A stretch of DNA of 59,073 nucleotides, the filler included. It is 6 parts of 6 records of this genome, joined end to end, with 100 filler letters (N's around TTAATTAATTAA, not from the genome) between each part and the next. Parts side by side here need not be neighbours in the genome. Positions count along the whole stretch, not along the records: positions 35,569 to 43,076 come from SRR31156797_8660; positions 43,177 to 48,968 come from SRR31156797_8668; positions 49,069 to 59,073 come from SRR31156797_8680; 3 more parts are not named here. One strand, given 5' to 3'. Below the pieces are notes generated by a model, which saw nothing but the letters and a program-made list of their open reading frames with translations, searched no databases and had not been told where the DNA came from. The translations under genes and the position numbers were made by a program. Shown in pieces: positions 41,144 through 50,522 of the stretch (the first letter of the stretch is position 1; each line of letters starts with the position of its first letter).

Positions 41144-41650
41144 ATGAAAGAGGGATTTTCACTCATCGAATTGCTGGTGGTTCTGGTGCTCATCAGTCTC
41201 TTTTCGGCGTTTGTGGGGGTGAATGTTGCCGGCAGCCTGGGGAATATGGGGTTGAAGACCGCTTCCAAAAAAGTGGCGGCCTCCCTGAGATACGCAAGAT
41301 GTCGCGCCATAACGGAAAGCATTCCTTATGTGGCGCTTTTGGATCTCAATCAAAATCGGATGACCATCAAACCCGATATGATTTCCTCCGGTGGTGAAAA
41401 AGAAGTCGGCGATTCCGCTCCAAATATGAAGAAAAGCGGAATGAAGCGTTATGATCTGCCGGAAAATGTGAAATTTAAGAATGCCCTGGCCTTTGACGGA
41501 GCCGAATCCGATTCAAGATTTTTTGCCGTTGTTTTTATGCCCAACGGTTGCAGCAGCGGGGGAACCATCCTTTTAGAAAATAATCGCGAACACGGATCCG
41601 CTGTAAAAATTGACTTTGTTACCGGCATGGTACGTGTGGAGATCTCTTGA
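41144..41650 (+). CDS. gspH: Minor pseudopilin GspH-like
   Basis: GFSLIELL; F.PNG.SSGG; position after gspG. Confidence 0.8.
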   Translation: MKEGFSLIELLVVLVLISLFSAFVGVNVAGSLGNMGLKTASKKVAASLRYARCRAITESIPYVALLDLNQNRMTIKPDMISSGGEKEVGDSAPNMKKSGMKRYDLPENVKFKNALAFDGAESDSRFFAVVFMPNGCSSGGTILLENNREHGSAVKIDFVTGMVRVEIS

Positions 41651-42072
41651 GGCCGGATTGTCGAATCATAAAACCGACATTAAATGCCAAGAGTGGTTTT
41701 GCCCTGATTGAAATTCTGGTGGCCGTTTCGGTTCTGGCCATTTCTCTGGTTGTGATTTTCCAGCTTTTTTCAGGAGGCCTCAAATCCCGCAAATTATCTG
41801 AACAATACGCAAGGGGCGTATTTCACGCCAGGGAGAAAATGGCCGAAATTCTACTTTCTCCCGATCTACCAGAAGGAGAAACCCAAGGGGAATTCGAGGA
41901 TGCCTATGAATGGGAAGTGGTTATCACCCGGGTTGTTTCCGGCGACGATGAAGAAAACCTGCCCGTTGTTTTGCTGAATATCAAGATGCGGATTAACTGG
42001 CATGAGGGCGAAAAAGAGAAATCCTTTGTCATCGAAACCCTGAAAGCGGTTGAAAAGGATAAGGCGTCTTGA
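41647..42072 (+). CDS. gspI: Minor pseudopilin GspI-like
   Basis: GFALIEILVA prepilin motif; gene order. Confidence 0.78.
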   Translation: MRPDCRIIKPTLNAKSGFALIEILVAVSVLAISLVVIFQLFSGGLKSRKLSEQYARGVFHAREKMAEILLSPDLPEGETQGEFEDAYEWEVVITRVVSGDDEENLPVVLLNIKMRINWHEGEKEKSFVIETLKAVEKDKAS

Positions 42073-42698
42073 GACTTGGGAAAAGAGGTTTCACCCTTCT
42101 GGAACTGATGCTTTCCCTTGCCATCATGGGGGTTGTACTGCTGATTATTTTCGGTGCCCTCAGGATCGGCACGCGGGCGTGGGAAAAGGGTGAAAAGGAT
42201 GTGGTCGTTCACCAGCGGCAGCGCGCGGTTTTGGGCCTCATGTCACGGCAGATTGCAAGCGCCTGTATCTATGAAATCAAAACGGGAGATGATTCTTTTT
42301 ATTTCAAAGGTTCTAAAGGGAAAATGGAATTCGTTTCCCGCAGTCCCATTGTGCCGGGAGCACTGACCGGTGTGGTGTTTGTGAATTACCTTATTCAGGA
42401 AGGTGATGGGGATGAAAAAAAACAGCTCGGGCTTTATGAAAAAGATGCGGGGTTCCTGAAAGAAGAAGATGTTGAAAGCCGGAGGGACGATGATCTTTTC
42501 ACATTGATTTCGGGGATTCAAGATCTTCGGTTTGAATATCTGAAAGGGGGCGAAGATAAAAGTGAACCGGATTGGCAGGCTTCCTGGGATCCGTCTGAAA
42601 AGAGAGGATTGCCCCTTGCGGTCAAAATCGTCCTGAAACAAAATGAGGAAACGGCGGCCATTAACCTTATTGTACCCATCCGATGCCAGAAAGAATAG
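42069..42698 (+). CDS. gspJ: Minor pseudopilin GspJ-like
   Basis: GFTLLELM; C-terminal W..SW...LPLAVKI. Confidence 0.8.
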   Translation: MRLGKRGFTLLELMLSLAIMGVVLLIIFGALRIGTRAWEKGEKDVVVHQRQRAVLGLMSRQIASACIYEIKTGDDSFYFKGSKGKMEFVSRSPIVPGALTGVVFVNYLIQEGDGDEKKQLGLYEKDAGFLKEEDVESRRDDDLFTLISGIQDLRFEYLKGGEDKSEPDWQASWDPSEKRGLPLAVKIVLKQNEETAAINLIVPIRCQKE

Positions 42699-42709
42699 GG
42701 GCCCATGCC

Positions 42710-43076
42710 GTGAACCATAAATTGATCCAAGAGAAGGGAATAGCGCTTTTTATGGTGCTGTGGGTGCTGATTCTCCTTTCGGCCATTGCCGCCGAATTTT
42801 GTTTCGCCATGCGGACCGAAGTCAATATGGTCCGCAACTTCAAGGAGCAAACCGAGTGCTATTACATTGCCCTGGCAGGGTTTGACCGTGCAATATACGA
42901 ACTGCTGCGAAATGAATCTTCTCCTGAAAAAAAGAAACTGCTGGCCGATGAAAATGAGGAGACCGCTGAAACGTCTTCACGCTGGCGCATGAACACGGAT
43001 ATTCCGCCGGTTCCTTTTGCGGGAGGGCGGTTTCGAGTGCGTATCGGAAATGAAGCCGGGAAAATAAACCTTAATA
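42710..43076 (+). CDS. gspK: GspK-like pseudopilin (3'-truncated)
   Basis: GIALFMVLWV (no E5), EAGKINLN motif. Confidence 0.85.
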
Positions 43077-43176
43077 NNNNNNNNNNNNNNNNNNNNNNNN
43101 NNNNNNNNNNNNNNNNNNNNTTAATTAATTAANNNNNNNNNNNNNNNNNNNNNNNNNNNNNNNNNNNNNNNNNNNN
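43077..43176. other. Artificial contig linker
   Basis: N-run, TTAATTAATTAA, N-run. Confidence 0.99.
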
Positions 43177-43396
43177 AGCACGGGATGTTTAAGCTCGTGG
43201 CTGTATGAGAAATTAATTAAAATTTATATATATGTTGCTTATACTTGAGAGTAGTTTTTTATAAATGACAATTTATTCTCACTATCGAAATGTCAGAATT
43301 ATCAATATGAACGATTCCTAATACTTCATATCTAGTTAGTGCTATATCAGAAAAATTAATTTGATTAATGAAGAAAATTAAAAAACTGTTTTAATT

Positions 43397-43872
43397 TTAA
43401 GATTTTCCTTTAATATCTCTATATTGATAACTTTTTCCAGAATAAAAACAATTCTCGTTTTGAAATTTTCCTAAAACTTTAAACTGATTTAATGCTTTGT
43501 CCAATTTAGTTGTTTTTAAATTTGATTTTATTTCGATAACGGCTATAATTGCTTCATAAAAACAAATTTGACTATCTCCGTCTAGTGATAGTTTGGGAGA
43601 AGAACTTTTTTGAAGAATAATGTCCAACTGATTTGATAATTGTCTTCTTATATTGACAGTTTGACCTGGTTTGTATTCAATGTCGGTAGGTAATATATAT
43701 ATATTTTAAATTTTAACAAATACTTCTCGTGTATTTTCAATAATTTTAGAGTGATTAACTGGCTAAGAAAGTTTATATAATCTTATTAACAGACTTAAAC
43801 TTTTTTTAAAGTAATTATGAACACTATTGTATTTAGAAAAAATTTCAATAATTTTGTCCCTGATTTCCTCAT
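43397..43872 (-). pseudogene. Disrupted DUF6602-like (PD-(D/E)xK-type) gene
   Basis: Pieces NHSKIIENTREVFV* and LPTDIEYKPGQTV...SNQLDIIL...AVIEIKSNL are broken by stops and a frameshift. Confidence 0.55.
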
Positions 43873-43881
43873 AATTTTGGA

Positions 43882-44985
43882 TTATAGGCTTTTCATGTAT
43901 TGAGAAGGAGTAAGACTTGTAAATTTTTTAAATACACTATTAAATGATGATTTTGAGTTGAATCCACATTGAAATGCAATTGCTAATAAAGTATAGTTTT
44001 GATTTTGAGGTTTTTTAAGTTCTTCCTTTACTTCATTTACCCTGTATTCATTTATGAAATTAAAAAAGTTATTACCCGTAAGTGTATTAATCACTCTTGA
44101 TAAAGTATTTCTGTTAGTTCCTAAATTACTTGCTAATATTGTTAATGTAATATCTGGTTTCAGATATGGTTTCTCTTTTTCCATATAGTTAATCAATTTA
44201 TCAAAGAGTTTCTTATCTTCGATATCTACCTTCTTTCTATCTGATGAAATATTGTCTTCTTCTTTGTTTTTAATCTCGTCTAGAATTGGTTTGGTGGATA
44301 CTTGATTATACTGCCTAGTAAAAGTAAAGTACCCAAGTACAAATACAGCTGTTGAGAAATATAAAGCTAGTATTTTATTAAAGTCATTTACATTTCCTCC
44401 ATGTACAAGAAGAACAAAATATACAGCCAAAATTATGAATACAGCTGCAAAAATAAAAAGAAATGTTTTTAACCATGTTAATTTCAGATTTTCCACTTCT
44501 GAAAATTCCTCTTCAATGGTAACGTCATAATTACTTATCAACTTGTATATTGATAAAATATAAGTCCCAGCCTGAATTATAAATATTACCATCATTATAA
44601 TAGAAAGTAGTTTATCGAGCCCTATAATATTGTTATCTATTCCAGTTATTGTATTCATTACTTCAATTCCAAAAATTATAACAAAGAGAGCAAAGTGTTT
44701 CATTTCAGAGAAAGCAAATTTGAAATTTTCTGTTATTGATTTACAATATAGATAAATAAAAGGAAAAACAAGTAATAAGAATGGTTCGTTAACCATAAGG
44801 ATATTCTTATAATTTACAACTATAAACGTCGAATGAAGTATAACAAATGAGAATACAAGCATTAATAAAGGAAAAAAAATATTTGATTCATTCCTTTTTT
44901 TCATGTTTGCGTAATATACAATTGCTATAAATATACCAATTCCTATTCCTGAATTAACTATAATATTATAAATATTTTCATGCAT
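43882..44985 (-). CDS. Membrane-anchored AraC-family regulator
   Basis: About 7 TMs, then KPYL.PDITL, FFNFINEYRV, GFNSKSSFN.VFKK; GAAGGAG before ATG 44985. Confidence 0.92.
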   Translation of the reverse strand: MHENIYNIIVNSGIGIGIFIAIVYYANMKKRNESNIFFPLLMLVFSFVILHSTFIVVNYKNILMVNEPFLLLVFPFIYLYCKSITENFKFAFSEMKHFALFVIIFGIEVMNTITGIDNNIIGLDKLLSIIMMVIFIIQAGTYILSIYKLISNYDVTIEEEFSEVENLKLTWLKTFLFIFAAVFIILAVYFVLLVHGGNVNDFNKILALYFSTAVFVLGYFTFTRQYNQVSTKPILDEIKNKEEDNISSDRKKVDIEDKKLFDKLINYMEKEKPYLKPDITLTILASNLGTNRNTLSRVINTLTGNNFFNFINEYRVNEVKEELKKPQNQNYTLLAIAFQCGFNSKSSFNSVFKKFTSLTPSQYMKSL

Positions 44986-45072
44986 TTTTTTCTCCTTCGA
45001 ATTAACAATTAATCTCAACTTCTATAATAATTATATCATAATGTAAGATCATAAAACAAACTTCACGTAAGT

Positions 45073-45104
45073 AAGGTTAGGAATATAAAAATATCCCTAA
45101 CCTT
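45073..45104. terminator. Hairpin after DUF2141 gene, probable terminator
   Basis: AAGGTTAGG...CCTAACCTT inverted repeat; T-tail weak. Confidence 0.5.
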
Positions 45105-45107
45105 GAT

Positions 45108-45530
45108 TTAATATACTTTAATTAAAACATCTATAATGTCTTTATTCACTTCTTGCTTTACCTCTTCAAATTTTGGTTTCCCAAATTTCTTCTCTTCAAG
45201 ATTTAACATATTCCAAGGCTCTTTTGGAAGCATCAGAAATTTATCCCACTTTTCATTACTATTTATATCCTGATAAAATGTAATAACATAATTTCCCTTG
45301 CTTATTCCTTTTATTTCAAAAGGAATTTTAACCTGCCCTTGTAAATCAAATTTTTCTTGAATAGAGGGCTGACTTCCATGAAAACTATTGTAATCAGTTT
45401 TTGTAAACACTGAGACATAAACACTTCCCTCTCTGTTTTCTACTTCAATTTCTCCTGAAATAGTAAAATACTTCTGTTCTGCCATCAAAGTACAACTAAT
45501 TAACACTAAAAATATCATTATTTTTTTCAT
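45108..45530 (-). CDS. DUF2141-like exported protein
   Basis: Signal peptide; GNYVI..YQDINSN.KWD...PKEPW..N, KPKFEE. Confidence 0.75.
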   Translation of the reverse strand: MKKIMIFLVLISCTLMAEQKYFTISGEIEVENREGSVYVSVFTKTDYNSFHGSQPSIQEKFDLQGQVKIPFEIKGISKGNYVITFYQDINSNEKWDKFLMLPKEPWNMLNLEEKKFGKPKFEEVKQEVNKDIIDVLIKVY

Positions 45531-45556
45531 ATCTTTCTCCTTTTTTTAGATTATGA

Positions 45557-47929
45557 TTATTCATATGACAGTAATTCTCTCAGGTTCTCTTTTACAATCT
45601 TTTTTGTTGAAACTAAAGATGTTAAATAAGATAAAGTAAGTAGTAATACAAACCATATAATAGCTCCAGATTTGGAAATTGTAAAGTTTATTACTGAGTC
45701 GAAAAATATATTATAAAATTTGTTTCCAAGATAATAACTAAGTGGAATGGCAAATATAAATGATAAAATCCAACCAATAACAGCTATTGTAAATACTTCA
45801 TATGATAAAATTTTGAATATATAATTGTTACTCACACCTGTTGCTCTCAAAATTCCTATTTCCTTTTTTCTTTCATTCAGATTTATACTAATAGTAGTAA
45901 CTAATCCTATTCCTCCGACAATAACCGTCAGAATAGACATTGACATAAGCATTATGAATATTACATCAAGATGATCAACTAGCAATTTTTTGAACTCATC
46001 TTTCACAAGAATATTACTTACATTTATTCCATTAGTTTTAAGTAATCTTTCGAGTTTTTCAGTCGCTTTATAATTATTGTCAATTTTAGACTGATCAAAC
46101 TCAACTAATACTTGATTACCTACACCACTTTCATTAGTATATTTTGAGATCTCTCCTTCAGAAATATAAACCGTTGGAAAAGCAAACATCTCTCTTGATA
46201 TCCCTATTATTTTTGTTGTAAAAATAGTATTTGAATTAATTTTGATATTAACCTTATCACCAACTTTTAAGTGAGGATTTTTTTTCTTTACGATATTATT
46301 AATAATAATACCTGATTTTTTTTCATTTAGTGTTATTCCTTCAGTAATATTTGGTTTGAAAATGTTATTATTGTTTGCAATTGTTACTAGATTAAAACTA
46401 TTACTTTCAATCTTATTTTCATGAATAAATGATGATTTCTTACTTGACATAAGGCTAGTTTCAGCAATAAAATCTACATTTTTTAAAAGACTTTCTAATT
46501 CGGTATTCCTTATTGGCTTATACAAATCAACAATCACATTATACTTTTGTTGTTCTATTACCTCATTCACTGTAATGTCAGATGAATTTTGAATATTATA
46601 AGCTGTCAAAAATAATGCTCCACCAGCTGTTAACATTAGAAGAGTCACAAATAGTCTTCCCTTTCTTCTAAAAGTATTTCTTAGTGCTAAAACAAGTGTA
46701 TTAGGGAGTTTTAAGAAACTTGTAATATTATATTTTTCTTCTTCTGATTTAGTTTCTCCTTGAATTCCATAATCATTTAAAGCTTCTCTTACAGTTATTT
46801 TACTTGTTTTAATTACCGATATCATTGCTGCAATAATTGGAAATGCAATACCTGAGATTATAAGAAGTAATAATAACCATACTGGAAGATTAGTTCCGAA
46901 TATTTCAAAATTTAACATTTCAGCAGTTACTTTTGCATATAATCCCCCTACTTTTACACCAGTATATACTCCAAGTAATGATGCCAAAGAACCAATAATA
47001 AAAATTATGGCAAAATAAATCATAGATATTCGAAGGTTTGAAGCACCAATGGCTTTCATTATTCCAATTTCTTTAATCTGTTTTTCCATTATAGCGGATA
47101 TCATATTTACAATAAGAAAACTACTTAGTACCAACGTTAGGATACCAAACATAAGCAATAGAAAAACTAGAGCTTTCAATTGAGTTTCATGAGGATGAAC
47201 TTTTGGTTGCAGTAGCTCAGTACCCTTGACTACAATTCCATTATTTTCAAAGGCATTTACCGTTTCAGAAAGTCTTTTTTTCAAAGTTTCAGGATTATAT
47301 CTGTCTCCATTTATTACGATTTTTATTTTTTCATCTTCAATCATATATTTTGGTACACTTTCTTTGGAAATATAACCATAAATTATACCCTCCATCCAAG
47401 AAGGTGCTTGCCCTGAATCATGTACAAAACCTGTAATCATCACATCTTTCTTTGAACCACCTGGAAGATTTATTTCTATTTCATCGTCAAGGTACATTTC
47501 CTTTACTTTTTTACCCACTTTTTCAATTACTATGTCAGTATTTTTAATTGGTAAACGACCTTCATCAAGTGAAAATGTATTTATTCTAACATTTTGAAAG
47601 TCATCGATAATGAAAAGCCATAGGGGTATATATTTATCTTCTCCAACTGAAATTCTTGATGTGAGAAAGTATCTTTTTTCGTAATCCTCAATGAATTCTA
47701 GTCCTGTTAGAATATCATCTGCTTTTTCTTGTTCACCATCGAGGGTAATTGTAAAAGAGGCAGGATTTGTATTTAAGTAATTTTTTGTTAAATCTCTATT
47801 GAAGTAATAATTTGCACTGCCCATGATACTCACAGCAAATACTCCGAGAAATACCGCAACAATCACTGTAATTGTTCTAAACTTTTGATTTAATAAATCT
47901 CTAATTATTTTTTTAATTGAATTTTTCAT
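45557..47929 (-). CDS. ABC transporter permease (duplicated MacB/FtsX type)
   Basis: KEIGIMKAIGA and ERKKEIGILRATG; two 4-TM modules. Confidence 0.92.
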   Translation of the reverse strand: MKNSIKKIIRDLLNQKFRTITVIVAVFLGVFAVSIMGSANYYFNRDLTKNYLNTNPASFTITLDGEQEKADDILTGLEFIEDYEKRYFLTSRISVGEDKYIPLWLFIIDDFQNVRINTFSLDEGRLPIKNTDIVIEKVGKKVKEMYLDDEIEINLPGGSKKDVMITGFVHDSGQAPSWMEGIIYGYISKESVPKYMIEDEKIKIVINGDRYNPETLKKRLSETVNAFENNGIVVKGTELLQPKVHPHETQLKALVFLLLMFGILTLVLSSFLIVNMISAIMEKQIKEIGIMKAIGASNLRISMIYFAIIFIIGSLASLLGVYTGVKVGGLYAKVTAEMLNFEIFGTNLPVWLLLLLIISGIAFPIIAAMISVIKTSKITVREALNDYGIQGETKSEEEKYNITSFLKLPNTLVLALRNTFRRKGRLFVTLLMLTAGGALFLTAYNIQNSSDITVNEVIEQQKYNVIVDLYKPIRNTELESLLKNVDFIAETSLMSSKKSSFIHENKIESNSFNLVTIANNNNIFKPNITEGITLNEKKSGIIINNIVKKKNPHLKVGDKVNIKINSNTIFTTKIIGISREMFAFPTVYISEGEISKYTNESGVGNQVLVEFDQSKIDNNYKATEKLERLLKTNGINVSNILVKDEFKKLLVDHLDVIFIMLMSMSILTVIVGGIGLVTTISINLNERKKEIGILRATGVSNNYIFKILSYEVFTIAVIGWILSFIFAIPLSYYLGNKFYNIFFDSVINFTISKSGAIIWFVLLLTLSYLTSLVSTKKIVKENLRELLSYE

Positions 47930-48629
47930 TTTTACCCACTCCTAGGTATTTGTTTTCAATGATATTTCCATCAGAGATTTTTAACACTCTGCTATAATTG
48001 ACTTTTATTTCCCTATCATGAGTAATATAAACGATTGTTTTTCCTTCAGCTCTTAACTCATCAAAAATCTTATATATCATTTCTGCGTTTACTGAATCAA
48101 GATTACCGGTAGGTTCATCTGCAAGGATTACATCTGGATTATTTGCAAGTGCTCTTGCTATAGCAGCTCTTTGCTTCTCTCCACCAGAAAGAGTATTTGG
48201 AAACTTGTTCATCAATTTTCCTAAACCTGTTTTTTCTAGCAATTTCTTAGCTCTTTCTTTTCTATTTACACTAGATATATTTTTGGTAAACTCCATTGGC
48301 AACATCACATTTTCTAGTATAGTTAATGTTGGCATCAATTGAAAAAACTGAAATACTATACCAATATTTCTACCCCTCCACTTGGAAGATTGATTGCTAT
48401 TGAGCGAATGTACAGGGACATCCCCAACAAATACCTCTCCAGTAGTTGGTGAATCTATTCCACCAATCAAATTCATTAAAGTTGATTTTCCACTTCCTGA
48501 TTTTCCCAGAAGAATTACAAATTCTCCTTTATCAATGTTTACATTAATCTTATCAAGTGCTTTGTAGCTTACAGATTTTTCCTTGTAAGTTTTTCCAACA
48601 TTTTTAATTTTGATCATTTCCTTTGTCAT
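47913..48629 (-). CDS. ABC transporter ATP-binding protein (LolD/MacB type)
   Basis: GKSGSGKST, LSGGEKQR, ILADEPTGNLD. Confidence 0.96.
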   Translation of the reverse strand: MTKEMIKIKNVGKTYKEKSVSYKALDKINVNIDKGEFVILLGKSGSGKSTLMNLIGGIDSPTTGEVFVGDVPVHSLNSNQSSKWRGRNIGIVFQFFQLMPTLTILENVMLPMEFTKNISSVNRKERAKKLLEKTGLGKLMNKFPNTLSGGEKQRAAIARALANNPDVILADEPTGNLDSVNAEMIYKIFDELRAEGKTIVYITHDREIKVNYSRVLKISDGNIIENKYLGVGKNEKFN

Positions 48630-48706
48630 AATTATCATCTCCTATATTTTAATTATTTTCACTTCGATCAGCTCAATAGGATTATACTAATTATTTTGGA
48701 AAAAAT

Positions 48707-48760
48707 CGTCTAAATGAATAAAGTTGGACATCCTAATTTAACATTAGAACGTCCAACTTT
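48707..48760. promoter_or_regulatory. Long inverted repeat upstream of the ABC operon (operator candidate)
   Basis: AAAGTTGGAC-ATCCTAAT-TTAAC-ATTAGAAC-GTCCAACTTT at 48720-48760, plus a further CGTC half-site at 48707. Confidence 0.5.
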
Positions 48761-48891
48761 GTAAATGATCTATACATTTAAACAATGTAAATATCGAATT
48801 TTATTAATTTTTCATTACCTTTATTCTACAAATATAATTTATCTCGTTTGAATTAAAATATATTTTTAAATAAAAGGAACAAGGTCAATGA

Positions 48892-48968
48892 GTCTAGTAG
48901 GTCAGGCGAATTGCTCCGCCCTTCCCCTATAAGAACCATACGTGACAGTTTCCCGTCATACGGCTCAA
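48892..48968 (-). mobile_element. Group II intron 3' end (domains V and VI); remainder lost at contig edge
   Basis: 34-nt DV GAGCCGTATGACGG-GAAA-CTGTCACGTATGGTTC (48966-48933) with AGC triad; DVI hairpin with bulged A at 48898; terminal AC at 48892. Confidence 0.92.
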
Positions 48969-49068
48969 NNNNNNNNNNNNNNNNNNNNNNNNNNNNNNNN
49001 NNNNNNNNNNNNTTAATTAATTAANNNNNNNNNNNNNNNNNNNNNNNNNNNNNNNNNNNNNNNNNNNN
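48969..49068. other. Artificial contig linker
   Basis: N-run, TTAATTAATTAA, N-run. Confidence 0.99.
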
Positions 49069-49839
49069 AGAGATAAGAGTCCTTGATGTGTAAAATCTAG
49101 TAATTTTATTATGGATATACCATAAAGAAAGGTCTGTTATATTATCTGCATTACCTCTTAAATCATCAAAAGTTTTTAAAATATATTTCATAAGATAAGC
49201 AACAGGATTTTTAATATCTATTTGAAAATCTGTTCTTTGGTTTGGGTAATTGTCTTTAAAGTACTTAGTAATCTTTTGGTGTGTACTTTCTAACTTATCA
49301 GCTGGTACAAATAAAGAGAAGTGTAAGTGTGGTGTACCATCTTTGTGTGGTTCATACACCCTAAAGTAGCATTTATCTTCTTTTGCTATATCAGTTTTTA
49401 AGAAGTGAGAATCTAAAAGCTTTTTAAAGATTTTTGATAGCTCAATAGCTCCACCATGTGGAGAATATTTTTTATAGTCTAATTGGTCGCACTTTTTAGA
49501 GTAAGGACAATAAGTAAGAGTTTCTTTATCTAGTAAGTGAGCATTTCTATATTTAGGGTTTTTTCTTTTATTTCCTATTAGTTTATGAAATTCTGAAGGT
49601 AAAGTAATAGTTCCAAATATTGGTTTTAAATTGTGGTTATCTGCATATTGTTTAAGAGCGTAAACTCTTTGGTTTACCTCTGCTATATATTTTGTTGTAT
49701 TGTGGTAAGCATTTTTTATTAAATCAGCCATTTTTATTACATCATTTCCTACTGTAAAGTAGTTATTTTCAAAAAAATCTTTTTGTTTTTTAATTTTTTT
49801 AAGAGCTGTTTTCCTTGACTCTTTTGTCATACCGTACAT
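49069..49839 (-). CDS. Rolling-circle replication endonuclease (HUH, gpA-like), 3'-truncated
   Basis: Motif I GTITLPS, motif II EPHKDGTPHLH, motif III YLMKYILK (two Tyr). Confidence 0.93.
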
Positions 49840-49869
49840 GAGACCCCTTTTTTTGGTATTGCCGAAAGT

Positions 49870-49958
49870 TTTTAATAAATAGACAAGGGCTTTTTACCTT
49901 CGCTCGTTCCTCGCTCAGGGAAAAAACCTTTTCTTTGTGGGCTTCGCCCGTAGGTTTT
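49870..49958 (-). other. Putative rolling-circle origin: hairpins plus CTTG-type nick-site candidate
   Basis: GC-rich hairpins (GGGCTTCGCCC; TTTTTCCCTGAGCGAGGAACGAGCGAAGGTAAAAA) followed by CCCTTGTCTATT just upstream of rep. Confidence 0.55.
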
Positions 49959-50249
49959 GAATACATCACTTGTGACTATACTTATAAGTAATAGTTAGTG
50001 ACATACATTGACCTTTTCTTTTATCTTTTAGTGAGTGAGTGTTTTTTATTGGTTTACCTATAAACACTTTGGCACTTTTAAGACACCTACCCTATTGTAA
50101 TTCCACATACGTGAACCACTCAAGGAATTATTTGTATAAATATTTAATACTCTGACCGTTGTTTATTACTTTTAAAAAAGTAATCAAAAAGAAACACTCA
50201 AAACATATGTAACTTTCATTTTCTTTTTAATAGACAAGGACGGATATTG

Positions 50250-50432
50250 CTATGATGAGCGATATTTAGAGTTCAATAAACCTGCAAACTTTTCATATAA
50301 TTCAACTCTATGAAAAATATCACGATTAAGCTCAACTGTATAAACATTTAGATTATCAATAATAAGCATATGAAAATCAACAGCTTTTCCATAATCTTTT
50401 AAAAAATCAGTTAGTAAACAATTAGAATCCAT
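50250..50432 (-). CDS. Phage hypothetical protein, 60 aa
   Basis: AGGAGG RBS; TAATG coupling to the upstream mini-ORF. Confidence 0.65.
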   Translation of the reverse strand: MDSNCLLTDFLKDYGKAVDFHMLIIDNLNVYTVELNRDIFHRVELYEKFAGLLNSKYRSS

Positions 50433-50521
50433 TACAACCTCCTTTCAATTGATAAAAAAATAGCAAAAACAAGAAATGAAATTGAATATAAAGAAATAAA
50501 TAGAAATAATAAAAAATTCAT
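50432..50521 (-). CDS. 29-aa hydrophobic phage mini-protein (not in ORF track)
   Basis: MNFLLFLFISLYSISFLVFAIFLSIERRL*; starts 1 nt after the secretin stop and overlaps the next start. Confidence 0.55.
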   Translation of the reverse strand: MNFLLFLFISLYSISFLVFAIFLSIERRL

Positions 50522-50522
50522 A

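Noticed and set aside
26402..42850. Long antisense or alternate-frame ORFs (e.g. 26402..27001, 33442..34152, 36093..36668, 40278..40808)
   Set aside because: Shadows of well-supported genes in GC-richer contigs, with no recognisable motifs.
48892..48968. Diversity-generating retroelement or retron
   Set aside because: Only intron DV/DVI is present; no RT gene or TR/VR pair is seen.
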